From NCBI GenBank assembly GCA_023623175.1, contig JAMNXU010000026.1, positions 10,383 to 74,382 of the forward strand: DNA of 64,000 bases, given 5' to 3'. The translations under genes were made by a program, and so were the position numbers. How positions within the stretch are numbered: position 1 is the first letter of the stretch; every line of letters begins with the position of its first letter. Source of the DNA: Bacillota bacterium. GTDB taxonomy: Bacteria; Bacillota; Clostridia; Acetivibrionales; JAMNXU01. Positions 8,789-20,857 of the stretch are shown here, one piece after another. The notes under the pieces are model-generated. The model did no database searches. It was not told where the DNA came from and worked only from the letters and a program-made list of their open reading frames with translations.

Positions 8789-9394
8789 TCATACATCGCA
8801 TTCGTCAGGCTTTACAACGTCAGTAAGCCACTTGGGGCTGAATTCAACCGGCCTGTAGGACTCGATATAATCGAGGGCATCGTTGACATCGTCGGTTATA
8901 TAATACAGCTTCCTGCATTCCTCTTTTGCGAACCGGTTGTTAATTATGTGCTCGAACTGGGCGAGCAGGCTGTCATAAAAGCCATATGCATTGAGCAGTA
9001 CAATTGCCTTGTTATGATAGCGAAGCTGTTTTAACGTGATCATTTCAAGGATTTCCTCGAGGGTTCCGTAACCGCCCGGGAGCGCGATGAATGCGTCGGA
9101 CCTCTCGTCCATGATCGCCTTTCTCTCGCGCAGGCCCTCCGTAACAATCAATTCGTCACAGTATTCATACACCACGCCTTTTATATTGAGCGCCCTGGGA
9201 ATGACTCCCACAACCCTGCCTCCACAATTATGAACGGCCTTCGCCGTCTCTCCCATCAGTCCTACAACGCCTCCGCCGTAAAGAAAGATATGTCCGCGTT
9301 TTGCAATCTCGCTTCCGAGCTTGTTGGCAACGCGGAAATAGCGTTCATCGACAGTGCAGCTTGAAGAACTGTAAACACAAATCACCTTGCTCAT
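8789..9394 (-). CDS. LOG family protein (TIGR00730; nucleotide 5'-monophosphate nucleosidase / cytokinin riboside 5'-monophosphate phosphoribohydrolase-like)
   Basis: Both GGGVVGLMG and the signature PGGYGTLEE are present. Confidence 0.85.
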   Translation of the reverse strand: MSKVICVYSSSSCTVDERYFRVANKLGSEIAKRGHIFLYGGGVVGLMGETAKAVHNCGGRVVGVIPRALNIKGVVYEYCDELIVTEGLRERKAIMDERSDAFIALPGGYGTLEEILEMITLKQLRYHNKAIVLLNAYGFYDSLLAQFEHIINNRFAKEECRKLYYITDDVNDALDYIESYRPVEFSPKWLTDVVKPDECDV

Positions 9395-9830
9395 TTTCCG
9401 TTTCTCCTTTGCGTATTTGTATGGTTGTTCTTATTATTCGATTCTTTAATTATTTATGATTGTACTTTAATTACTTTGTACTTTTAGTAACTTTTAATTG
9501 CTTTTATTAATTGCATTCTTTAGTATTTTTCGCAGTTTTAATGCTTTTGTATGTGCAGTCTTTATTGCCGCAGGTATTTATTTATTGTTGTTCAATTGCT
9601 TCTCTACATGTGCTTCTATATGTAAAAGCTGCATTGCTGCGCCATTTATTGCAGTTTACAGGCTCCAGGAATCAGCAGCTGTATCAGGTCCTGCAAAACC
9701 TGCATTTACCCAACCGTACTTAATACGATTGTAACATATTCGGCGCGCTTACCATAAAATAAAATTGACATAAGCAACGCTTTTTTATTGCGCAAAACCG
9801 TATTAAGCCGCAGAGAAGAGGTGTCTCGCA

Positions 9831-10217
9831 ATGGATAATCAAAGAGCGCTTGAACTGATTACAAACAGCTTCATTGCCGCAGAAAAAATACGTGAAATCA
9901 GGATGCAGAAAAATACGAGAAGTGAACATGACAACAGGAGTATCAGCAACATAGAGCTGATATTTGATGTATTGAAGATAATTTCGGATTACTCTCCGGG
10001 CAAATACAGGATGCCGCTTTCACGTGCGACGAACCAGGGCATGCGTTTCTTTGAAACTTTCACCAACCTGCGCCGGCACGTATCGAGTTTGGAAAAACCC
10101 AGGCTCAGGAGCCGGAATTTTGTCAGCACGCTGAAAGTTTTAAAACCTGTTCTCAGACCCAACGATGCTGTTATTGCCGATAAAATTATTAAAATATATG
10201 AGGTGCTGAACAGTTAG
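9831..10217 (+). CDS. Hypothetical basic 128-aa protein
   Basis: An ORF with an RBS (AGAAGAGGTG, 7 nt before the ATG). I recognise no family. It is the only plus-strand gene between 3.7 and 64 kb. Confidence 0.4.
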   Translation: MDNQRALELITNSFIAAEKIREIRMQKNTRSEHDNRSISNIELIFDVLKIISDYSPGKYRMPLSRATNQGMRFFETFTNLRRHVSSLEKPRLRSRNFVSTLKVLKPVLRPNDAVIADKIIKIYEVLNS

Positions 10218-10459
10218 TTCAAATCTGAACAAATTAACTTATTTATGATTTTTATTCAAACAATTGATTTAATATTTTTAATATTTGTGATTTTTTATTC
10301 TTAATGATCAATTTAGTGATTTAACTGGTTTAAAATTCTGGCAGATTAGCTATTGAGGCTTTTGAAATTCATTAAATCGGCTTTGAAACATCTCACAGCC
10401 GGATGGTGTGCATCATGCAGTCAAAGCCCGCGCGCCAGGCAGCTGAAGCCTGTGAAATT

Positions 10460-11875
10460 TCATGAATGCCTTAAAAATTTAAGTGCGGGCTTCTTTTTTC
10501 TTTGGCCGGCTTCCTTTTTGCGGTCACTGGCTTTAATCGCGGCATTAATAAGGCTGCAGCTTTCTTTCGCCTTTTCAACGGTTTCGGCCGCAGGTATTTC
10601 GTCCCCGTAACGTACCCTGTTGTATATTTCGGTCATTTCGCTGAGCGGCCCCCCTACTCCATCAAGGTTCAGCGCTTTCCCGTGGATTTGTCCGGCAGTG
10701 TCGGATTTTGTAATTTTCAGCCCCGCCATGCAGAGCATGTCAAGTATGAGTCCGTAATAATACCTTACCTGCGCCACGGGATCATCACGCAGCGAATTTC
10801 TCCTCTTTTTTCTCGGCGCAGACTCGTCTCCCATTACTTCTTCCACATGGAAATCCTTTGTAAATTCCACTTCATCACTGAATACCTTCGTAACAATCCC
10901 GGACCTCGGGCTGACGAAGGACAATCGGGCCCTTATAACGGCAAACAGCCTGCGCAGGGACCGTTTGAGCTCCCTGAATACAAAAGGAAGCTTCGTCAGA
11001 AGAAAAATGAATATTATTGTGCCCAGCACCGCGAGTATGCCAAAAACTATTTTTTCGTCCAGTCCCGGTTTGAACCGGGGTCTTACCTTTCCCGGCATTT
11101 CCGGTTCAGGAATCCTGGGAACGGTCGGTTCGGACTTGTCACCCCCTGAAAAGAGCAATGAGAAAAACTTACCCAAAACTGCGTTTACGGCGCTGCCAAG
11201 TTCCCGCAAAATAAAACGGACGGCTTTCACAAGCGGACCTGTAAAGGCAAAAAGTGATATGAGCAGTGTCGTCGCAGTAACGACGATCAAATTGAACCGG
11301 CGAATGTAGACAGGCAACTTCGGAGTCTGTCTCTCCATGTCGGTCAACAGGTAGTCAATATTCTTTTGATTCTCCAGTACCAGGGAAAGAGCCGCAAAAA
11401 TGTAAATATAGAAAAACGCCACGGGTCTGAAGGCGGTATTGTCCTCGATCTTCAGGACGGCCGGCAGTACCATGCCCAGGATTACGACGACAATTGCAGG
11501 CATGGCCCATTTCAGGCCCGTAATTTCAATGTAGCTTCTTTTTCCCGCCTTGATGCCCGCATAAAAACATGTCAACATCAGCAGGATTTCAATCGCGATT
11601 CTCTGGTCGCTGTAACTCCTGTATGCTAAGAAACCCGCCAGGCCCACGGCCAGTCCCGTAACGACATACAACGCCCCGCGCAGGCGCGGTTTTACATGTG
11701 CAATCGCCACTCCCTGCCCGGCGCATACACAGAGTACCACCGACACCAAATCAAAGATTGTTGTCAACCCGCTTAAAAAAAGGGATTTGACAATAATTGC
11801 CGCGGAATTGTAAAGCAGGCCCAACGCAACAATATATGCAAGTTTAAGCAAATTGTTTTTCGTTTCAACTTTCAT
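10460..11875 (-). CDS. Polytopic membrane protein with C-terminal DUF4129-like domain
   Basis: There are multiple TM segments, and the C-terminal ...EIYNRVRYGDEIP... resembles DUF4129. It is the third gene of a MoxR-DUF58 operon. The start is set at MKVETK (RBS GGGGG), overlapping the DUF58 stop. Confidence 0.6.
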   Translation of the reverse strand: MKVETKNNLLKLAYIVALGLLYNSAAIIVKSLFLSGLTTIFDLVSVVLCVCAGQGVAIAHVKPRLRGALYVVTGLAVGLAGFLAYRSYSDQRIAIEILLMLTCFYAGIKAGKRSYIEITGLKWAMPAIVVVILGMVLPAVLKIEDNTAFRPVAFFYIYIFAALSLVLENQKNIDYLLTDMERQTPKLPVYIRRFNLIVVTATTLLISLFAFTGPLVKAVRFILRELGSAVNAVLGKFFSLLFSGGDKSEPTVPRIPEPEMPGKVRPRFKPGLDEKIVFGILAVLGTIIFIFLLTKLPFVFRELKRSLRRLFAVIRARLSFVSPRSGIVTKVFSDEVEFTKDFHVEEVMGDESAPRKKRRNSLRDDPVAQVRYYYGLILDMLCMAGLKITKSDTAGQIHGKALNLDGVGGPLSEMTEIYNRVRYGDEIPAAETVEKAKESCSLINAAIKASDRKKEAGQRKKKPALKFLRHS

Positions 11876-12998
11876 GCCGCCTGCCCCCGAAAATCCTGTA
11901 GGTTTCAAACCCTCCGGCGTCTCCTTCGTTGCCGTCAGGCTCAGGTATTATTACGGCGATTTCATTGCCCAGCTTTTTCATTATATTTAACGTTTTCAGC
12001 ATCCTGTCATTAATGTAGGAGGTTATGACAAAGATGCGGTTGTTCCTGATTTTACCGCATATACTTTCAAGATATACGTCGAAATCCCTGCCCTTCCTGA
12101 GCTCAAGCTTTGCGAGAAGCCTGAGCAGCTGGGAAATATGGTCGCGCCCTGCCGCTTCCCCTGTTAAAAACCCATTGCGTTCAAAATCCGGTATGACACC
12201 GTTGGTACCCAGCCTTGCCAGGGTTCCAAACCTCAGGGCCCTGTCAAAAATAGTTGCTGCGGCCTTGATTCCCAGTTCGACCTTATCCCTGTTAATCACA
12301 TGGTCTGCTTCATACTCCAGCGATTGAATGTTGAGCAGCACCGTTATACTTATATGGGATGTGTATTCATTCTTTTTCGTCATCAGGCTGTTGCTTTTCG
12401 CAGTGGCAGTCCAGTGAATCCTGTTCATGGGATCGCCCGGCAGGTACTCGCGGGCACCGGAAACAACAAAAGGATCGTCAATAAACCATCTTTTCACTAT
12501 TGTATTTCCCTGGAGATAATTGGACGATGTCATCATACCTTCAAGAGCAATCACGGCGGGAAACACCGTGATGTGCGCATTAACTTTTACAGGGAGGGAT
12601 TCGACAACCATGCCCATGAAATCGCCGGCCACCATTGTGACAGTGTCTATTGAATACTCTCCTCGTTTCAGGCATTTTACCTCCCACCGGCGCGTGGTTT
12701 TCTGATAGCTTCTCAGGAAAAATCCGCTCGCCAGGTATCTTTTGTCAAGATTCTCTACAGGTTTTGTACCCTCAAACTCCAGCCACTTCAGGACGGTCAT
12801 GTCCACCTTGAGCCACGGCAAAGGCAGGAACTTCCTGTTGTGAACCGTTTCCACAAAATATACAGTGTCCCCTTCGTGGGCCTCAGGCTGGCTGAAGCCG
12901 CACCTGTATCCAAGCCTTTTAAACATATGCTTTTTGTACACCGTTGCCTGGACCACAATGGCAACGACGACAAGAACAAGGAAAACCAACAGTTCCAT
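11865..12998 (-). CDS. DUF58 (vWA-like) domain protein
   Basis: An N-terminal TM segment plus the typical DUF58 core (...REYLPGDPMNRIHW...). It follows the MoxR ATPase. Confidence 0.8.
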   Translation of the reverse strand: MELLVFLVLVVVAIVVQATVYKKHMFKRLGYRCGFSQPEAHEGDTVYFVETVHNRKFLPLPWLKVDMTVLKWLEFEGTKPVENLDKRYLASGFFLRSYQKTTRRWEVKCLKRGEYSIDTVTMVAGDFMGMVVESLPVKVNAHITVFPAVIALEGMMTSSNYLQGNTIVKRWFIDDPFVVSGAREYLPGDPMNRIHWTATAKSNSLMTKKNEYTSHISITVLLNIQSLEYEADHVINRDKVELGIKAAATIFDRALRFGTLARLGTNGVIPDFERNGFLTGEAAGRDHISQLLRLLAKLELRKGRDFDVYLESICGKIRNNRIFVITSYINDRMLKTLNIMKKLGNEIAVIIPEPDGNEGDAGGFETYRIFGGRRHES

Positions 12999-13045
12999 TG
13001 GCTTTTAAAATTCCCTTCATGCTTTTTCGCTGATTGTTCGCCTGT

Positions 13046-14017
13046 TTACCGGCTCATTTGCTGATTCAGCGGTTCCAGCGGAACCTTCACGTTTGCGAGT
13101 ATTTCTTCAATAACCTGCTCCGAATTGGACGCATCGGAAGTAATTGCATGTCCCTTGAGAATTATTCTGTGAGCCAGTACGGGCACGGCTACGTGTTTCA
13201 CATCGTCAGGCGTCACAAAATCCCGGCCCCGCATAACGGCACACACCTGGGCCGCTTTCATCAGCGCGATGCTGCCCCTGGGACTGGCTCCCAAAGCAAT
13301 CCTGTTGTGTTTTCTCGTGGCTTCAACAATATCAACAATATAGTCTTTCACAGCGTCGTTCAGCCTTACGCTGCTGAAGCTTTTCTGCGCTTCAACTATG
13401 TCCTTTGCCGACACAACGGGTTCAACCGTGAGATACGGATTTCCGCTCTCGAAACGGTCAAGTATTTCCCTGGCCTGCGACGTATTCGGATAGCCCATCT
13501 TTACCCTTATAAAGAAGCGGTCGAGCTGGGCTTCGGGAAGCGGAAATGTTCCCTGTATCTCCACGGGGTTCTGCGTCGCTATTACAAGGAAGGGTTCCTC
13601 GAGCCTTTTTGTAACCCCGTCTATGGTTACCTGCCTTTCTTCCATGCATTCCAGGAGGCTTGCCTGTGTACGGGGCGTAGCCCTGTTGATTTCGTCGGCA
13701 AGAACTATATTGGCGAATATGGGTCCGGGTCTGAATACGAATTCACCGAGTTTCTGGTTGTAGTAATTTATGCCCGTAAGGTCGGAAGGAAGCAAATCCG
13801 GCGTGAACTGCACTCTCTTGAAGTCGCAGTCGATGGATTTGGCAAGGCATTTGGCGAGCATGGTTTTCCCCACGCCGGGAACATCTTCGAGCAACACGTG
13901 GCCGGAACAAAAAAGGGCTATGAGTACCAGGCTGATTACATCATCCTTTCCTACAATAACCCTTGAAATGTTTTCCCTCACTTTTCTTTCAACATCCCTG
14001 ACTTCGTCAAAGTTCAC
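13046..14017 (-). CDS. MoxR-family AAA+ ATPase
   Basis: Walker A is EDVPGVGKT and Walker B is VLADEINRA. The start is set at the GTG (VNFDEV), 5 nt after GGAGGGG. The track start at 14071 is an alternative. Confidence 0.9.
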   Translation of the reverse strand: MNFDEVRDVERKVRENISRVIVGKDDVISLVLIALFCSGHVLLEDVPGVGKTMLAKCLAKSIDCDFKRVQFTPDLLPSDLTGINYYNQKLGEFVFRPGPIFANIVLADEINRATPRTQASLLECMEERQVTIDGVTKRLEEPFLVIATQNPVEIQGTFPLPEAQLDRFFIRVKMGYPNTSQAREILDRFESGNPYLTVEPVVSAKDIVEAQKSFSSVRLNDAVKDYIVDIVEATRKHNRIALGASPRGSIALMKAAQVCAVMRGRDFVTPDDVKHVAVPVLAHRIILKGHAITSDASNSEQVIEEILANVKVPLEPLNQQMSR

Positions 14018-14339
14018 AGGAACCCCTCCATAAAACAATTTCCGGGTAAGCAAATCAACCCGGAACCTCATATCTTTATTCTTTACCTTTATTCTATACC
14101 ATTTACATCAGGCTTACAACAAAGCCGAAAAAAATGACTCATAAGGAGCGGATCTATGCTCATAATCAAGGAAGGTTTGGGGAATGTCCAAGTAAAAGGG
14201 GGGTGCCCCTTATGAGCCAATTCTAAATATTTTATATTAAAATTTATTATGAGCAGGCTTTTAATTTTCCTTTATAACGATATTAACACAGCGCACAACA
14301 CCGTTTAAGTAGTTTTTTTTCGGTTTAAAGTGGCTTTTT

Positions 14340-15809
14340 TTATGATGCCTGGGTAAACACCCATTCACCGCGCGCGTCAATTTCCCTCGTCAATTCGATA
14401 AGCTCCTCGAGGATCTGTATTATGGACTTTGAGAATTCCTCGGCCTCTGCGACGGCTTTCATCGCGCCTTCGCGGTCGTTGGCCTTCACCAGCTCAAGGA
14501 CCTCGCGGCCTTTATTGTGCAAGTCGCCATGAACGCCTTCAACCTTTTCCCACAGGGCCAGGACCTCGGGACGCTGCGGAGCGATGGAATAATAGAAATG
14601 CCCGAAACCGCATTTGTGGCTGTCAAGCTGAATCGGCTCGATTTTCATGTTTTCTGCGATCCTCGCAAGTTTTTTCATCCACTCCCTGTGAGCGGACACG
14701 GCTGCATTGACCGATTCGATAAAATCAAGATTCGTGATACCGTAAAGTTTCCTGGTGCCAAGCTTACCGCATTTTGCAGAAAGCTCGTCCACCTGTTCTT
14801 CAATCTTTTCCACCGTGCCTGCGGTTTCATACATATCGTTTCCTATTTCCTCCAATTTAGTGGACAACCGCGCTATTTCCCCGGCGTCCTCGCTTACCAT
14901 GTGCATGGCCGACGAAATTTCCTGCATCGACGCGCTGAGCTGCTGGTTAAAAGCCGAAATCTCTTCGAGGCTCGCCGTAATCTTGTTTATTGCCTCATAG
15001 TTGGATTCAAGCAGACCGGCAATAACGCCGACATTCTCGTCAACTTTTGTGGCAAAATCCACCGTGGTCGTAATGCTCCTTTTGCTCTTAACTGATGCTT
15101 CATCCAGTTGGACCAGGATCTTATCCATGGAGTTCAGAAGCGCCTTTGTGCTTTCGGAAAGTTTCCTGATCTCGTCGGCCACGACGGAAAAGCCCTTTCC
15201 GGCATCACCGGCCCTTGCAGCCTCGATCGATGCATTGAGGGCGAGGAGGTTCGTCTGGTCGGAAATTTCAAAAATGCCTTCAAGGATTCTCTTCATGTTC
15301 CCTATCCTTGAAAACAGCGATTCTGTATCTTTTCCCATCTCCTGGGAATTTTCTATCATCTGCTTGCTGAGATCATGAATTCCCTTGATAGATTCGAGGT
15401 TTGCGCCCGTATTTTCATTGAGCAGCCTGGCTTGTCCTGCAATATTTTCAAGGGACGATGCCATTTGCGCATTGGAGTCCGTTACCTGGGACAGGGAAGC
15501 CGTAGTTTGCTCAAAGGTTGAATATACATTTTCTATATCACCGCTGAGTTTGGATGTCAGTTCTTTAATCTGTTCGCTGAAATGACTGAGGCTCAGATCT
15601 AAGCTGCTGATCCTGGTGGCAACGTCGAAAATCCCCAAAAGGATTTCCCTTACGTCATTTTTCCCTTCCTTGAGATCCGCTGCCAGCTGTAAGATGCTTT
15701 TTGCCACTTCGCTTTTCTCTTTCTCCAAATTTTTCGGAATATTGTCTAAATTCCCCGACTGTATGCTATTGATTAATGTTTTGACATCCTTTGAAACAGT
15801 GCGAAACAT
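14340..15809 (-). CDS. Soluble methyl-accepting chemotaxis protein with C-terminal CZB (chemoreceptor zinc-binding) domain
   Basis: The MCP signalling hairpin is [35 protein letters not shown]. No TM segment is present. The C-terminal HREWMKKL...HKCGFGHFY matches CZB. The start is set at MFRTV, behind AAGGAGG. Confidence 0.85.
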   Translation of the reverse strand: MFRTVSKDVKTLINSIQSGNLDNIPKNLEKEKSEVAKSILQLAADLKEGKNDVREILLGIFDVATRISSLDLSLSHFSEQIKELTSKLSGDIENVYSTFEQTTASLSQVTDSNAQMASSLENIAGQARLLNENTGANLESIKGIHDLSKQMIENSQEMGKDTESLFSRIGNMKRILEGIFEISDQTNLLALNASIEAARAGDAGKGFSVVADEIRKLSESTKALLNSMDKILVQLDEASVKSKRSITTTVDFATKVDENVGVIAGLLESNYEAINKITASLEEISAFNQQLSASMQEISSAMHMVSEDAGEIARLSTKLEEIGNDMYETAGTVEKIEEQVDELSAKCGKLGTRKLYGITNLDFIESVNAAVSAHREWMKKLARIAENMKIEPIQLDSHKCGFGHFYYSIAPQRPEVLALWEKVEGVHGDLHNKGREVLELVKANDREGAMKAVAEAEEFSKSIIQILEELIELTREIDARGEWVFTQAS

Positions 15810-15913
15810 ATATTTGACCTCCTTTACTTTATATAAACGGAAAGCCAAACACGGCTTCCATGGACTGCCAGGCGGACAAACCCCCGGGCGGCAAACTCTG
15901 AGCTGGCGCTGAT

Positions 15914-16297
15914 TCAGCGCTTATCCCCGCCGCGGTTGAATTTCACCTTGGAACCGAAATGTGCAAATATCGTCGAAAATGTCAAAATGGCAAGGATATA
16001 AATAACACTTGTTACAGCCATACCGGATTCCCGAAACATGTAAACCAGCAGAAAAGAAATTGCCGGAAGGCTCAGGTACGCTCCCCACCAGGCCCCGGTT
16101 TCCCTGCCGAAATTTCCGAAAACAAATCCCATTATGCTGTAGACCAGTATTACCAGGAGCAATGCGACGATTCGCTCCCAGAGCTTGCCCCCGAAGTCTG
16201 TAAATACGGCGCCCATTACTATGTAAAATCCTGCAAGACCGCCTGCAACAACAGCAATTATTATTCCGAACAGTTTTTTCAGGTTATTCAGATTCAT
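15914..16297 (-). CDS. Small integral membrane protein (about 4 TM), unknown function
   Basis: A 127-aa ORF with a strongly hydrophobic pattern. Confidence 0.5.
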   Translation of the reverse strand: MNLNNLKKLFGIIIAVVAGGLAGFYIVMGAVFTDFGGKLWERIVALLLVILVYSIMGFVFGNFGRETGAWWGAYLSLPAISFLLVYMFRESGMAVTSVIYILAILTFSTIFAHFGSKVKFNRGGDKR

Positions 16298-16639
16298 TTT
16301 GCCACCTGTGTTTTTCCTGTCTTACTAAACATTATATATGTTAACAAATATGAGTACAACAATGATACTACTATTTTTTGCAATTTTTTCATTCATACAA
16401 CAAAATTTTCATTCATAGTGCAAAATTTTTGTTCATATAAATTAGCAATGAAAAATTATCATTGCTTGAACAAATAAATTATTTATTACCTGAACAATTA
16501 AATTATTTACAAGAAATAAATTATTTACTTACACAATTAAGAATTCTTTGATGTTTCAGACAAAGGAGGATCATTGGCATTCAAACAACTGTGAAATAGC
16601 CGTCTAATATTGCTTGAGAAAAATTGAAATCATGCAGTA

Positions 16640-16675
16640 AAAAAGAAAAAGAACCGCACTTTTTAAGTACGGTTC
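16640..16675 (-). terminator. Intrinsic terminator after tuf
   Basis: The minus strand reads GAACCGUAC-UUAAAAA-GUGCGGUUC followed by UUUUUCUUUUUU. Confidence 0.75.
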
Positions 16676-16722
16676 ACTTACTGTCGTGTGTCGTCCAACA
16701 ACCGGTTATTTGTCTTAACCGA

Positions 16723-17925
16723 TTACTCGATAATTTCAGTGATGGTTCCTGCGCCGACGGTCTTGCCGCCTTCACGGATAGCGAACCTCAGACCTTCTTC
16801 AAGAGCGATCGGAGTGATGAGCTTGATGGTCATATTGATATGGTCGCCGGGCATGCACATTTCGGTGCCTTCCGGAAGTTCAGCAACACCGGTAACGTCG
16901 GTGGTTCTGAAGTAGAACTGCGGCCTGTAACCACTGAAGAAAGGAGTATGTCTTCCGCCTTCTTCCTTGGTCAGAACGTAAACCTGGCCTTTGAAGTGGG
17001 TATGAGGCTTAATGGAACCGGGTTTTGCAAGAACCATACCTCTTTCGACTTCGTTCCTCTGGATACCCCTGAGGAGAGCACCTACGTTGTCACCTGCAAC
17101 AGCCTGGTCAAGAGTCTTTCTGAACATTTCAATAGCTGTGACAACGGTCTTCATGGATTCATCGCGCAGACCGACTATTTCAACTTCTTCTCCGGGCTTC
17201 AGTGCACCTCTCTCAACCCTACCGGTTGCAACGGTACCACGGCCGGAGATGGAGAACACGTCCTCAACAGGCATAAGGAACGGCTTGTCAACAGCTCTTT
17301 CAGGAGTGGGAATGTAGGTGTCGACAGCTTCCATGAGGTCGAGTATGCATTTATATTCAGGAGCGTTAATATCGTTGCTTGAAGATTCAAGTGCCTGGAG
17401 AGCGGAACCTCTTATTATCGGAATCTCATCGCCCGGGAATTCGTAAGAGCTCAGGAGTTCTCTAAGTTCCATTTCAACAAGTTCGATAAGTTCTTCGTCG
17501 TCTACCATATCGCACTTGTTCAGGAAAACAACTATGTAGGGAACTCCAACCTGGCGGGCAAGCAGGATATGCTCCCTGGTCTGAGGCATCGGGCCGTCAG
17601 CTGCGGAAACAACGAGGATTGCGCCATCCATCTGAGCAGCACCGGTGATCATGTTCTTAACATAGTCTGCGTGACCCGGGCAGTCAACGTGAGCATAGTG
17701 CCTGTTTTCAGTCTCATACTCAACGTGGGATGTAGAAATTGTAATACCTCTTTCTTTTTCTTCCGGAGCCTTGTCAATCTGGTCATAAGCTGTAAAGGTA
17801 GCTTTTCCCTGGAAGCCAAGAACCTTCGTAATAGCTGCTGTCAACGTGGTCTTGCCATGGTCAACGTGACCGATCGTACCAATGTTAACATGGGGCTTTG
17901 TTCTTTCAAATTTGGCTTTAGCCAT
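16723..17925 (-). CDS. tuf: Elongation factor Tu
   Basis: Unambiguous full-length EF-Tu ([22 protein letters not shown]). Confidence 0.98.
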   Translation of the reverse strand: MAKAKFERTKPHVNIGTIGHVDHGKTTLTAAITKVLGFQGKATFTAYDQIDKAPEEKERGITISTSHVEYETENRHYAHVDCPGHADYVKNMITGAAQMDGAILVVSAADGPMPQTREHILLARQVGVPYIVVFLNKCDMVDDEELIELVEMELRELLSSYEFPGDEIPIIRGSALQALESSSNDINAPEYKCILDLMEAVDTYIPTPERAVDKPFLMPVEDVFSISGRGTVATGRVERGALKPGEEVEIVGLRDESMKTVVTAIEMFRKTLDQAVAGDNVGALLRGIQRNEVERGMVLAKPGSIKPHTHFKGQVYVLTKEEGGRHTPFFSGYRPQFYFRTTDVTGVAELPEGTEMCMPGDHINMTIKLITPIALEEGLRFAIREGGKTVGAGTITEIIE

Positions 17926-18055
17926 TTCTTAATTCTCCTCCTTTTCAGTGATTTTCACTGGAATGTATTAAATTTTAATATTTTTTATTTAATTACGGAA
18001 ATGCGCTTTCGCGCAATTCCGCTTATTACAAATGTTTCATTTGCCAATCCGGTCT

Positions 18056-20131
18056 TCAGGCTCCGATGCCGTTCAGTATCTTATCCTGTATCGCCTTCGG
18101 AACCTCTTCAAAGTGGCTCGTCTGCATGGTAAAGGTTCCTCTTCCCTGGGTCTTGGAACGGAGAGATGTGGCATAACCGAACATCTCGGCCAGGGGAACA
18201 AATGCGGTGATAGCCTGTGCCCCCGACCTTGCCTCCATGCCTTCGATCCTGCCTCTCCTGGAATTGATGTCTCCCATGACATCGCCCATGTATTCCTCGG
18301 GAACCAGCACATCCACTTTCATTATGGGTTCCAGCAATACTGGATCGGCCTTGCGGCATGCTTCCTTGAACGCCATGGAACCTGCTATCTTGAATGCCAT
18401 TTCCGAAGAGTCGACCTCGTGGAATGATCCGTCCACAAGCGTCACGCGCACGTCAACCACCTGGTATCCTCCGAGCACGCCGTTGTTCATGGCATCCTGG
18501 ATGCCCGCGTCTATCGCGGGAATGAATTCCTTGGGAATAACACCGCCGACTATCTTGTTTACGAACTCATAACCCGCGCCACGCTCCAGGGGTTCGACTT
18601 CAATGACACAATGGCCGTACTGTCCTCTTCCTCCTGACTGCCTGACAAATTTACCTTCTGCCCTGACAGCCTTGCGGATGGTTTCCTTGTATGCAACCTG
18701 CGGCGCTCCGACATTGGCCTCGACATTGAACTCCCTGAGCAGGCGGTCTACTATGATTTCAAGATGCAGTTCTCCCATACCTGATATGATAGTCTGACCG
18801 GTTTCGCTGTCGGTATGGGTCTTGAATGTCGGGTCCTCTTCAGACAACTTGGCCAATGCAAGGGCCATTTTGTCCTGGCCGGATTTTGTCTTCGGTTCTA
18901 TGGCAACCGAAATTACCGGTTCAGGGAAGTCCATTGATTCAAGTATTATCGGGTTTGCCTCGTCACAAAGGGTATCTCCGGTGACCGTATCCTTGAGACC
19001 CACTGCAGCAGCTATATCGCCCGCATAAACCATATCCGTGTCCTCGCGGTGGTTTGCATGCATCAGCAGGATCCTTCCGATTCTCTCCTTTTTCCCCTTG
19101 GTCGAGTTCAACACGTAGGAACCTGCCGACAGTGTTCCCGAGTAAACCCTGAAGAAGCACAGTTTTCCTACAAAGGGATCGGTCATGACCTTGAAAGCCA
19201 GCGCTGAAAAAGGCGCATTGTCGTCGGCGGGCCTTTCCAGCTCTTCTTCTCCGTCAACGGAAATACCCCTGATCGAAGGTATATCCAGCGGTGAAGGCAG
19301 GTAATCCACCACGGCGTCAAGCAATTGCTGAACTCCCTTGTTCCTGTACGAGGAACCGCAAAGCACAGGAATTATGTCGTTACTTATCGTAGCCTTCCTG
19401 ATTCCTGCACGTATTTCATCCTCGGTCAGTTCCTCGCCTTCAAGGTATTTCATCATCATTTCTTCATCCTGTTCAGCAACAGCTTCGATCAGCAGGTTCC
19501 TGTATTCCTCAACCTGGTCCATCATATCTTCGGGAATGGACGCTTCCTCGAAAACCTTGCCCAATTCGTCCCTGAAATAATAGGCCTTCATACTGACAAG
19601 GTCAACCATTCCCTGGAAGTTTTCTTCCCTGCCGATCGGCAACTGTATGGGAACAGCGTTGGCATTGAGCCTTTCCTTCATCATCCTGACAACATTGAAG
19701 AAATCGGCTCCTGTAATGTCCATTTTATTAACATATGCAATACGAGGCACCCCATACTTGTCAGCCTGTCTCCATACTGTCTCGGTCTGGGGCTCAACGC
19801 CTCCCTTTGCACAGAAAATTGTTACTGAACCGTCCAAAACGCGCAGAGATCTCTCAACCTCGACCGTAAAATCAACGTGCCCCGGCGTATCAATGATGTT
19901 TATCCTGTAGCCTTTCCATTGAGCCGTAGTTGCTGCGGATGTTATGGTGATTCCACGCTCCTGTTCCTGTTCCATCCAGTCCATGGTTGCGGCGCCTTCG
20001 TGGGTCTCGCCCATTCTGTGGACTCTTCCGGTGTAAAACAGGATACGTTCGGTGGTAGTGGTTTTGCCAGCGTCAATATGTGCCATGATCCCTATATTTC
20101 TTGTTTTCTCCAAACTGAATTGCCTGGGCAT
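18056..20131 (-). CDS. fusA: Elongation factor G
   Basis: Unambiguous full-length EF-G ([20 protein letters not shown]). Confidence 0.98.
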   Translation of the reverse strand: MPRQFSLEKTRNIGIMAHIDAGKTTTTERILFYTGRVHRMGETHEGAATMDWMEQEQERGITITSAATTAQWKGYRINIIDTPGHVDFTVEVERSLRVLDGSVTIFCAKGGVEPQTETVWRQADKYGVPRIAYVNKMDITGADFFNVVRMMKERLNANAVPIQLPIGREENFQGMVDLVSMKAYYFRDELGKVFEEASIPEDMMDQVEEYRNLLIEAVAEQDEEMMMKYLEGEELTEDEIRAGIRKATISNDIIPVLCGSSYRNKGVQQLLDAVVDYLPSPLDIPSIRGISVDGEEELERPADDNAPFSALAFKVMTDPFVGKLCFFRVYSGTLSAGSYVLNSTKGKKERIGRILLMHANHREDTDMVYAGDIAAAVGLKDTVTGDTLCDEANPIILESMDFPEPVISVAIEPKTKSGQDKMALALAKLSEEDPTFKTHTDSETGQTIISGMGELHLEIIVDRLLREFNVEANVGAPQVAYKETIRKAVRAEGKFVRQSGGRGQYGHCVIEVEPLERGAGYEFVNKIVGGVIPKEFIPAIDAGIQDAMNNGVLGGYQVVDVRVTLVDGSFHEVDSSEMAFKIAGSMAFKEACRKADPVLLEPIMKVDVLVPEEYMGDVMGDINSRRGRIEGMEARSGAQAITAFVPLAEMFGYATSLRSKTQGRGTFTMQTSHFEEVPKAIQDKILNGIGA

Positions 20132-20207
20132 ATAACCTTCCTTTCACACCTCGACAATTATAAATATCGACAATTAAAATAGAATGTAATGTTTGATAAA
20201 ATGTATT

Positions 20208-20801
<594 letters not shown>

Positions 20802-20857
20802 CTATTATTTTTTCAATGTTCCCTGCGGTTATGCAGCCTTACAGCGACACTGCAGCT

